Notes under the pieces: model-generated
What the model was told of the DNA's origin: nothing
The model's input: the letters and a program-made list of their open reading frames with translations, nothing else
Database searches by the model: none
DNA from: Heterostelium pallidum
Taxonomy: Eukaryota
Direction of reading: 5' to 3'
NCBI RefSeq assembly: GCF_000004825.1
Contig: NW_008805078.1
Span: 336,069-400,068 of the forward strand
Length of the DNA stretch: 64,000 nt
Shown: piece after piece, positions 48,770-59,442 of the stretch
Numbering within the stretch: the first letter of the stretch is position 1
Layout of the letters: each line of letters opens with the position of its first letter
Position numbers and translations under genes: made by a program

Positions 48770-49663
48770 CTATTGTTCAAGAACTGTATGCATATATGCA
48801 TCATTACTAGTAGTTAAGCCAGCGATAACTTTACCATTGAAAACACCAACACCTGGATCCTGAGACATATCACTTGTGTTGACAACTTGATCAGAAGACC
48901 AAACTCCAAGATTGTTACATGTGACAACATGAAGTTTGGCATTGGTTGGATGACGATGTACTAATACCAGTTTACTTGCAGTGGCTGTTAGTTTTGGATC
49001 ACCTGATACTTGGACATTTGGAATGAGTGCTGGAGTGGTCCAAGTGTTGGTATCTGTTGAACTTGTAACATAGACACCGTTACCCAAAGCAGTGTTACAG
49101 AATACAATATAGATCTTTCCATTGAATGTTGCCATCGATGGTGATCCAGTCAATGTGACACCTGGTACTATCTTAAAATTCCAATTATTTGTTTCACCAT
49201 CTGTTGAAGAAGCAAGGATCAACTGTCCATTACCTTCAGGATGGCCCTCTATTCCTCCTCCTTGATAAGCAACATACAAAAGATTGTTGAAAACAGTTGC
49301 AGACGGTGAGTTGGCAATTCGGTATACCGGTTGTGGGACATACACATAGGTGTCTCCTGTTACTGTTGAACCAGTAGCTTTTACATAATGCAAAGTACCT
49401 GCAGGAGCATTTGGACTACCATTATGGAAAGCTAATAGAGATGAAAGAAACATTACAACAGACGGAGAATATTTCATTTGTACACCAATAACCTGAGTAT
49501 CAGCAGTCCAGGTTGCTCCGTTGGTCGATGTTGTGTACCAAAGTTCGTGATTTACACCATATCCATGATGAAAACAGTACAAAGTACTACCAAGTTGTCC
49601 ATAGGCTGGTGAGTCAGTTATTCCTACATATCCGGTAGTAAGAGTTTCTGCAAGGAAATTCAT
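48770..49663 (-). CDS. BNR/Asp-box beta-propeller protein, tandem paralogue 2
   Basis: 297 aa. The 3' ~480 nt are about 95% identical at the nucleotide level to 47001-47480; for example gataactttaccattgaaaacaccaacacctggatcctga is shared. The N-terminal halves are more diverged. Confidence 0.5.
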   Translation of the reverse strand: MNFLAETLTTGYVGITDSPAYGQLGSTLYCFHHGYGVNHELWYTTSTNGATWTADTQVIGVQMKYSPSVVMFLSSLLAFHNGSPNAPAGTLHYVKATGSTVTGDTYVYVPQPVYRIANSPSATVFNNLLYVAYQGGGIEGHPEGNGQLILASSTDGETNNWNFKIVPGVTLTGSPSMATFNGKIYIVFCNTALGNGVYVTSSTDTNTWTTPALIPNVQVSGDPKLTATASKLVLVHRHPTNAKLHVVTCNNLGVWSSDQVVNTSDMSQDPGVGVFNGKVIAGLTTSNDAYMHTVLEQ

Positions 49664-50663
49664 TTTTTTTATTTATGTATAATGTATGTATATTTTAAAA
49701 AATAAGTAATAATATATTTGTATGTTTGTTAATTGATATCGAATTGAATTGTATTGTATTGTATTGAATTCAAACCCTAAACTATTAGTATTTATATTCT
49801 TATCGTTTCATAGTGATCATTCATTATTAATCTAATCCTAACAAAAGAAACGATATGATTTGTCCAAGTTACATTAAAAAACAGATCTGTAAGTCAACTT
49901 ACAAAGCCATTAACATTTCTACAAAGTGATCCCGAATAGTTAATGTTGTTCTTACCCAATAATATTTCAATGATTGCAGTGTAACCTTGTTATCTTCAAT
50001 AATTAACTAATAAACCTTTATAGCAACGGACGACCAATTGATGTTCTGCTCATCGAACACTTGACAAAGTTGTACATTTGGTTGTGTCTGTTTTGAATAT
50101 TTTTTAATTTGTTTTTATTATTTTTCTATTTTTACACACAAAAGGAATTGGTTGCACCTTTTTTTTCTTGGTGATCAATATCTCAAGAAAATTTTCAACA
50201 AAATAATCGCCAATATCATAAGTGAATTCAGAGCTGAATATTTTTGTTTTAATAAAAAATTCTATAATCAAAGAAAGTACCAGTCGAATACATTAGAATT
50301 AGACTTCTTGTCTTCTTCGAAAAAAACTAATTTATGAGGCGATGAATCGATTGATAAAGATTGAACAAAGTTATCAGAGACCAAATTGAATACATGGTTA
50401 TTTTTTTTTTATAATTTTAATATAGTATAAGTTTATTAATTTACACTTGAATAAATAACCGAAACTATTCTGGGGTGTCAAATTTTAAATTGAAAACAAA
50501 ATCTTTTGTATTTTCTTAAATCTATCTTGACTTTATATTGAACAAGCAGCTAGAGTAATTTTTTCTCTGATCAATCATTTTTAAAATGATTAAAATTTAA
50601 AAAAAATGAATTTTTTTTTCAATATTTCCAATATAACTTTGGTTAGAATAACACATTCTTTGT

Positions 50664-52253
50664 TTATTTTTTTTTTATTGTTAACTTTTTATATGTTGGA
50701 TTTTTATTGGTATATTCTGTATGAAGTTCCAGGTTATTTACACGAGTTAATATACTTTTTAAGAAATAGTAACTTTCATCTTCTGTGTAACACATTTTGG
50801 AAAGTCTGATTGTAGAACACACGAGTTGATGAGACGATGAATCGAGAGTTAAAATAAAGTCTTTGAGAGTTTCTTTCAAAATCTCACTTGGATGATAATT
50901 GAAGTCATGAATAAATGATTCAATTGATAGTTTTGTTATGTGTTTGTTAGATTTCAGCATGATGGCAGTCCATAAAAGATGTTTACAATCGAGATCAAAA
51001 AGTTTTAATTTTGTTATTGTTGTATTCTTGTTGGATGCAAGCATTGAGTAAAACGATTCATCCAGAATATCACATGATATTTCAAGCTTTGAAATTGTGG
51101 TGTTGATTGATAAAGATTGAACAAAGTTATCAGAGACCAAAATGAATATAGATAGATCTGTGATTTTGTGAATAACACAAAAGTTTGACAATGATAGATT
51201 CTTCAATGTTTTATTGTTGGCAAGTCTTTGACAAAACTCCATCCATTCACTTGTTTGATTGTTATTGCTAATTAGGTTTTGAATATAGTATTGATCATAC
51301 TCATTTTCTTGATATTCATATTCCTCTTCTTTGAAATATACCTCTTCATGATAGACACATCTACATTCATCTAGTTCGTTATTTACATCATGACCAAATA
51401 ATCCGAGTACCGTTGCACATTTCATTGATTCAACACGATCGTTAAGGAATAACTTTAAATCTTTGATATCTACATAATCGTTACTGCAAATTTCAATAGA
51501 TGTGAGTGATTCGATTTCAAAGAGTTCGGTGTATGGAATGTGCAATACATAGTGGCTAGAATGATCTTGATTATGCTCAAAGTAAAGAGTATTGACACGA
51601 CACACTCTGACACTATCGAAATCAAAATCAAGTTCTCCATAGATACCGATGACTTTAAAATTGTGATCTATGTTCATAGTAACATGTTCTAAAACCGAAT
51701 AGTCGATATACTCGAGATCAACACCGTAATTCATTGAATTGAGATATAAATGAATTTTGATTGTGGGTTTTATTTCTATGATCTCTTTGATTGATCCCAT
51801 GTTGGTAGTGTTTATGTTCAATCGCTCCAGATGATCAAACTTTGAAATGAATATGCTAACATGTGGGATTTTAGTGTAGGGATTATCAAAGTTATCAAGA
51901 ATGTATAGATCTTTGATATTGTTGATAGGACATATCGACTTAGGTTTTGAAAGAAGACCAATTGAATGATTTAAAAAATTGGAAAGACTTTCATACTCAG
52001 AGTTGTATAAGTCTATTAAATATTTTGAAGACATTGACTTTGATATGATATCGAACCAATCTTTACAAACCAAAGCATAGTTTATAAATTTATTGACATC
52101 ATATGGTTTGACTGGACAACAAAGATACTTTTGATAATAATTATTTTTATTTTTAATAACTAAAGAACCAACTGCAAGTGTAATGATTTTCTGAAGAATT
52201 AATTTTGATTTTATTATTATTTGTTTATTAAAGCTATTACTTTGTTCTGTCAT
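50664..52253 (-). CDS. Hypothetical 529-aa protein of unknown function, leucine-rich and possibly F-box-like near the N-terminus
   Basis: Long single ORF with an ATG start. It contains LVCKDWFDIISK. No family can be assigned from sequence alone. Confidence 0.4.
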   Translation of the reverse strand: MTEQSNSFNKQIIIKSKLILQKIITLAVGSLVIKNKNNYYQKYLCCPVKPYDVNKFINYALVCKDWFDIISKSMSSKYLIDLYNSEYESLSNFLNHSIGLLSKPKSICPINNIKDLYILDNFDNPYTKIPHVSIFISKFDHLERLNINTTNMGSIKEIIEIKPTIKIHLYLNSMNYGVDLEYIDYSVLEHVTMNIDHNFKVIGIYGELDFDFDSVRVCRVNTLYFEHNQDHSSHYVLHIPYTELFEIESLTSIEICSNDYVDIKDLKLFLNDRVESMKCATVLGLFGHDVNNELDECRCVYHEEVYFKEEEYEYQENEYDQYYIQNLISNNNQTSEWMEFCQRLANNKTLKNLSLSNFCVIHKITDLSIFILVSDNFVQSLSINTTISKLEISCDILDESFYSMLASNKNTTITKLKLFDLDCKHLLWTAIMLKSNKHITKLSIESFIHDFNYHPSEILKETLKDFILTLDSSSHQLVCSTIRLSKMCYTEDESYYFLKSILTRVNNLELHTEYTNKNPTYKKLTIKKK

Positions 52254-52511
52254 TTTTCATTTGTTATTGAATAAACTATATGATTTATTTTTTTTAGAGA
52301 AATTCAGATACTTTGCTCGCTAACACAATACTTTCATGATGTTCACGAATCATTCTTTAATGTGTTAATATTTTTAATCAAATCAAATTGTTTGTGGGGG
52401 TAGTGGTAGAATGAGAAATAATTTTTTGTTTTGTTTGAGTCAAATGAATGATATTAAAAAATACATGTTATTTTTTTTTTATGTATTTTAATATAGTATA
52501 AGTTTATTAAT

Positions 52512-53968
52512 TTACACTTGATTCCAATTAATTGTCTTGAGATCGATACCTTCTTGTACCATCTCCCATAGTGGACTCATATCTCTCAATCTTTGTACAT
52601 GCTTCTTGAGTAGCTCGATGGTGAAATCGATTTCGGCGACTGTGGTGAATCTTCCAATTCCGAAACGGATCGATGAGTGAGCCATGTCTTCTTCGAGACC
52701 TAGCGATCTGAGCACGTAAGATGGTTCGAGTGATGCCGAAGTGCATGCACTACCACTGCTACAAGCAATGTCTTTGATGGCCATCAGCAGTGACTCACCC
52801 TCGACATAACTGAAGGAAATATTCAAATTACCATAGTAACGGTGTTCGGTGTCACCGTTGATCTTTACATGAGGAATCGATTCTTGAATGCCTTTGAGCA
52901 GACGGTCATAGAGGAACTTGATCCACACTGCATCTCTTTGCATTTCGTTCTGTGAGATGGCGCAGGCAGCACCGAAACCAGTGACCAATGTTGCTGGCAC
53001 CGTTCCCGATCTGATACCACGCTCCTGTCCACCACCACTCTGAATCGCCTCGATTCTGACACGGGGACGACGACGGAGATAGAGTGCGCCAATACCCTTT
53101 GGGCCGTATACCTTGTGTCCACTGATCGACATGAGATCGATGTTCATCTCGTTGACATCGATTGGGATCTTACCGACGGCTTGTGCCGCATCGGTGTGGA
53201 AGAAGATTCCCTTGGAACGACAGAGCTTTCCAATCTCCTTGAGTGGCTGAATGACACCGATCTCGTTGTTGACCGCCATGACGGAAATCAAGACAGTCTG
53301 TGGAGTGATGGCGGCTTCCAGTTGTGCCAAGTCGATCAAACCATTCGACAACACTGGCAAGTAGGTGACTTTGAAACCTTCTTGCTCGAGATGTCTGCAT
53401 GAATCCAAAACGCACTTGTGTTCGGTGACGGTTGTGATGATGTGATTCTTCTTCTCCTTGTAGAATCTAGCGACACCTTTCAAAGCGATGTTATTAGACT
53501 CTGTTGCACCACTGGTGAAAATGACTTCCTTTGGATCGGAACCGATCAAACTGGCCACCTGTTGTCTTGCGTTCTCTACGTAGTCCGACGATTTCCAACC
53601 ATAGTCGTGTGTCTTTGAGTGTGGATTACCATAGTTCTCTGTATATAAAGACAGCATTACATCTAATACTCTTGGATCAACTGGTGTAGTTGCTTGATTA
53701 TCTAAATAAATTGGTTGTAAACTATCTATAAAAATAAACAAAAACATATAATTAGTCTTTCAAACATAACAAACAAATTAAATCAATTCAAAAAACAAAT
53801 ACCTTTTGATGTATTAGGTGTTGAAATAGTTGCATATGATCTATTTAAACAATTTTGATTCAAATTGCTACGAACAACATTATTTACAGAGAAACTGGTC
53901 GATGCTGCAGTTCTGTAGCTACCACCAGTGGTGGTGAATCTCAAAGTGTTCTTTACCAATGAATTCAT
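52512..53968 (-). CDS. nfs1: Cysteine desulfurase NFS1/IscS, mitochondrial
   Basis: Exon 1 is 53803-53968 and carries an MTS-like presequence ([23 protein letters not shown]). The intron is 53726-53802. Exon 2 is 52512-53725. The PLP Lys region is [12 protein letters not shown]. The active-site Cys loop is [21 protein letters not shown]. Confidence 0.85.
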
Positions 53969-54585
53969 TCTATATGTGAGTTTGTTTTATTACTAAATTG
54001 ATTTGTATTGATTATAAATATTTATTTATGAAAAACAAACGAATAAAAGTAATTTTATAATCTATCTTTCTTTAAAGAATCAAAAAAAACAAAAAAATTA
54101 AAAAATAAGAAAACATATGAAGTGGTGTTTGGCCCAAAAGTAAAAATCTTTTTTTTTTTTTTGCCAAATATTTTTAATTAATTAATTTAACGAGCATTAT
54201 TACATGACCAGCTAAAAATTAATCATTACTTCTATTGGAGCACCAATAGACTAACGATAGGATTCTTTTGCAAAGAGATATTATGCTATCATCATACATC
54301 AGAATTACTTTTGTTTTTCAATTGGTATTTCTAAACAAAACAATGCATTGTCAAATTATCTAAAGTTAAATTTTTGTATAACCAAATAAGGAAATGATTT
54401 CAGGTGATACTTTGGTAATAAATAAATCATATTTGTTAGTTTTTTTTTTTTGAAAAAAATCGATTAAAGTAAATTCAAGAACTCAATCATTTTAAATATT
54501 CACCAATCTAATAATTTTTTATAATAATTTAATTTGATTTATTTTAACTGTCAAAGAAGTTGTTTTATAAAAATTATATAATATT

Positions 54586-55576
54586 TTAAAGTTTCTTTGT
54601 CTTTTGCAAAGCTTGCCAGGTATTCTTTGTAATTCTGAGCAAACTTCTGGTCCACTTGATGTCCAAGAAAATAATGAAGAATGGACCCATTGAACAAAAC
54701 AATGCATCATATCCGAATCTCCAACAGTTGAGAACCAAAAACCAGGTGAATGGCATTCTATATCCAATAAAAATAACTAAATAAAGATAGATGATATTAA
54801 TATTAAACTCTATAATTGTAAATATATCGATAAAAAAAAAACACTTACAGTTTGAAATCATAACGCATGAAAAATATAAATAATTTACAGTGTGACCGAA
54901 GGATCTGCAGAGGAAAATGATAGTACTGAAGACGACAGTCAAATCAAAAGATGAACAAATATGTAAAAGGTAATGAGCCTTTCTGATGTAACGCTGTTGT
55001 TTTGGAAAAAAAAAATTGGAATTTGTTAGTTTTTTCAAATTGTTATTGTTGAGTGTTTGTTTGTAGACTTACCATTGTGATAAAAGTGAAACCAGAGACA
55101 CAGACATGGTGGAAATACATATCGTATGACTGACTACGGTAGAGGAAAAGAATAACTAAATCGGCAACATGGAATAAACTGTATGCCAAACAATGATAGA
55201 TGGAATTCTCTAAGCTGGTGGTGTAGTACCAGTTGAGGATGTTATGGTAGGCAAAGTAGGCACCGTAGAATGCACGGACGAATCTCTGACAGCACTCGTA
55301 GAATGCTCCGCTCTTTATAATGGAGTCGATGTGTTCTCTCATCTCTTTGGACTTGTGGTTTCTGAAATACATGGTTGCCAACTGTACAGTGACTATATAG
55401 AAAAATATTGGCAGGAATACAAACAAAAGCACGACATGGATCAAATTTTGATTGGAGATGTCAATGTAGAATCCGTATTGATTGAGGAAATTACTGTTAT
55501 TTGGTTGCTTTGGCCATTCCTCAACGAAACAGGCCTTTAAATTTTCATATAAATGATTATAAAGTTCCATATCCAA
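54586..55576 (-). CDS. Multi-pass membrane protein, possibly TLC/ELO-like, with at least 2 exons
   Basis: Exon 1 is ~55073-55576 (...YDMYFHHVCVSGFTFITM, with a GTAAGT donor). The downstream exon encodes MPFTWFLVLNCWRFGYDALFCSMGPFFIIFLDIKWTRSLL...KKL* and ends at 54586. The exact junction is unresolved because phase and acceptor conflict. Confidence 0.35.
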
Positions 55577-57317
55577 AACTTATTATATAAATAAATATTA
55601 AAAATATATATATATGGAAAAATAAAATAAATTATATAACTATTATATAAATATACAAATATATATTAGTAATTATAATTATAAAAAATAATTATTATTT
55701 AGTTGTTGTTTGTTTGTGCAAATGTGTTTACAGAGTATTTAAATTTAGCAGTGATCAGAGCAAGTGATACCGAAAGAGTTGCTTGTTTGAAAAAGAAAAA
55801 ACAAAATAAAAATAAAAAATAAGAAACTTCGGTGTAGGAAGTGAAAAGTGGGGTGGATGTGCGCGATTTGATGACCCAACCATAGAAAAGTAAAATTCAA
55901 TTTCCAATAGTTGTTGTTGATAGTGTGTGTTTGTTTTTTTTTTTTTTTTTGCAAGTGGCTAATAACGGGGTTTTCATGCAATTTTTTTGTTTTTTTTTTG
56001 TTTAAAGAGTTTTTTTGCTGAAAGATATTTTGTTTTTTATAGACAAATATGTCACTGTTGGTATTCTGATTTTTTCCAATCACCATGTTTATAAATAAAA
56101 TAATAAAATAAAATAAAACCAAACAAGTTTAAATAAAAAGGAAATGAAAAGTTGTAAACAAATCAAAAACTACTTGCGATTCTAATTTGATTATTGAGAT
56201 TGTTTTGAAAAGAAACAGTTTAGTGCTAATTAGTTTGTTTTACTTGAAGTGGTAATAAATCGCAATTGTGCTTCGAAAAGTCAAGATAATTGTTGTGTTG
56301 ATCCACAATTAATTTTGATAATGGTATGAATCTAAGTGGAAAATCGCAATGAAATATGATATGAAATTGTTTGGTGACGATGATGAATGAGCAATTGCAT
56401 GCTTTTGCCAATACAAGTTGAAAATAAAATAGATAGTGGTTCTAAATTTTATAAATTTAAAGTGGACATACATTAATAGATAAATATTTATATCTAATTA
56501 AACGATTGTTATAATATCAATGATCAAACATTTTTTGTAGATTATAAAAAAAGTAACTTTAGCCCAACAAAAAAAAAGAAAAAAAAAAAAAAAACTTTTT
56601 TAAAAATAATTCAGTTTTTTTGTTGGTATGATAGTCAAACAGATGTGCCCTTTGATATTTTTTTAAAACTTTTTCGAAAATTTGAGCAGTTACATGTCTT
56701 TGGGTATGAAATAATCATTGATTTTACATAAGATTGGAAAAGTTGTAAAACAAATTTGTTTTTTTTGAAAAATAAAAAAATGGAAATAATATCTTTCAGA
56801 AAATAAAAAATCCAGATATTCATTAAAAAAAAAAAATTAATTTACATCTGCAATATGAGATCACTCATTGTCTCGGTAAACAGCCTGATCCCTTGTGAAA
56901 ACAAACAACTATAAATCACCTTTTTTGTTTAAGAGATTTTCGTTAAACTATTCATAGATTCGCATTTAAAATAACTGAAATTGAAAATCCTGGTGATAAT
57001 ATTGAATTACTAAAATGAACTCCGATCCCAACAAACTTTCAACATCATCTTTATTTTTAAACAGTTGCTGCACATAATTTAAAATGATAGTTTCATCTTT
57101 AATAATTAACTAAATGATTAACCTAACAATAAAAAAATATAATATGTTATTTTAATATTAAATTTACTTATAATATTTTATTAAAAGGTCACACACTTTT
57201 TTTTTTTTAAAATTGAAGGTTGATTGTTTTTTTTTTTTTTTTTTTTTTTGTTAAAGTTCATTTATTTTTTATTTATTTATTTATTTATATTTAATAAGAA
57301 GAGGGAAGTTTAGTAAT

Positions 57318-58188
57318 ATGAATATAAATTCACCTATTTTTGATAATAATGGGTTGGTAAAGATAGATGAAGAGCAAGATCTCACACAGATTATGTGGAG
57401 AGATCAAGTATGGCTGTCACAATTCCCGCTGAATAAGATGACCATACTCAACTACTTCTCACTATCACAGTTCTACGATAAACAATGTAATAATGAAATA
57501 TTGAAAATGCAAAGACTTGATCCTTCTGCTTTAAAGTATGAGATCTTCTTACCTATCTATTATAAATGATGTGGTCAATGATTGATTACTAACAAACTTT
57601 TAATATGTTTAATATAGGACTATGGTTGGTTTAGAGTATGAGGTAGTCGTCGATAAGGAACCACTGTTATTTATTATTGCAAAACAAAATCGGTTGACTG
57701 CTAACGATGCTATTACACAGACTCTTTACTATGTTATCAATGGTAGTATCTATCAGTCACCGGACATCAAGAACGTATTGGAGTCAAGAATGATACAATC
57801 GTTGTTCCATCTGATCAATGCATTCGAAAAGATATTGTCTACCGTTAACTGGGACATTGTCAAAGGCTATCAAATCAATTTGGATGGTTCTCAGATGAAT
57901 CAACAAGAAAAGTCAAAGTTGGTGGCATTCACACGCAAACAAATCGAAGATACCAAGCGATTCGATAGTTTAATTAATACTCTTTTACAAAAGGTAACAG
58001 ACTACATTGATCAATAGTCTACTATCTTATCTTTGACCACATAACTTATTATTAACAAACTTAACTAATTATCATTTGTATAGTTTCCACCAATTATGAA
58101 ACCAGTAGAGCAACAACCTCAAGTTCAGAATCAATTGCAATCACAGATACCACCACTACAGCTACAGCAACAGCCACAACCAATGTAA
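57318..58188 (+). CDS. med6: Mediator complex subunit 6
   Basis: Exons are 57318-57544, 57618-57993 and 58084-58188, with consistent phases. It aligns to MED6: [57 protein letters not shown], and the LLQK|FPPIMKP junction corresponds to LRQKFPPKF. Confidence 0.8.
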
Positions 58189-58645
58189 TAATTAATATTG
58201 AACACATCACACATATTCATGTAGGCTTGTACAGATATCACACACACATATATATAATGATAGAAATAGTTCATTAACATGTACATTCACTTTTTGAATG
58301 AAATTTTCAAAGATCTTTTGTTGCGATGATTATAAGATTTAATTCTCCACCGACATTCAATTTATAAAGCAGTAGATAGCTATATAAATATAATAAATAA
58401 GAAATGTATATTTTGCTCTCAAATTATATAAATACAAACCACCTTATTACTGAGATAAAAGACGTCAATATAAATCTATTTCGTGATATATAAACACCTA
58501 GGCTATTTATATCGATATATCTGGTATAAATATACAAAGTTAATACAGTTTAGTATTTGAATATTTTATAGTTAAGTTTATTTAGATATTAAGGGTTATA
58601 AGTCTATACAGGATTAATAAAAAAGATTAAATGGAGTATCTAAGG

Positions 58646-59074
58646 TTTAAAAGAACTCTTCTTTGACAATCAAACCATTGCTATTCCATTGTTGGATTGC
58701 CCATTGAGTCTTGGTGGCTTTATGACCTCCATATGTGAAATCCATATACATTTCATAGGCTGTGTTATTTCCATCAACCAATAATTTAAGAACTATTTTT
58801 ATTATTATTATTAATATTGATTGTTTTGTTAAGTTAAATTCATTAATTAAAATGAAAATTTATAATACATACGTTTTACTTCATGAATGGTTGCATTATT
58901 TACAAAACCTTCTTCAGCTTTTCTGTTTTGATCTTTTCCAACTCTGTTTGTGCTATCACCTTTCTCGTACATCACAACATCATCAGCATAATATTTCTCA
59001 AAGATATCCAAAATCTTGTTGGATTCGATACCTTTGATGATTGCTTGAATGTTTGATCTAATATTTACGGACAT
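58646..59074 (-). CDS. NTF2/SnoaL-like small protein, copy 2, with an apparently altered C-terminus
   Basis: Exon 1 is 58873-59074 and is about 96% identical to copy 1. Exon 2 is 58646-58792. It shows an apparent 1-nt length difference from copy 1 near 58676-58684, which would replace the last ~11 residues and move the stop. Possible pseudogene. Confidence 0.4.
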
Positions 59075-59442
59075 TTTGATTGAAAAGTTAGGAAGATAGG
59101 TAGAAAATTTATTAAAATGATTGTTTTTTAATTATATTGTAATTTAATTGTTTGTTTTGTAATGATTTGATTATTACTCTAAAGAGTACTATTTATACAT
59201 TTTGTAATACATTGTGAATGAAAAATAAGAATAAATTAACAACTTTTAATAAAAGGTTCCGGAAGAATCTTGAAGCAATTTTTATTTAAAAAAATGTGGG
59301 GGTTTGACTATTTTATTCAAGAATCAAAGTGCTTGTTCAAGAAGGTGATCAATATCCATCTTAATGAAAAAAGATTAAATTAATTGAAATAAACAAAATA
59401 AGTAAAAAAAAAAAAAGTATATATTTTAAATAATTTACAAAT

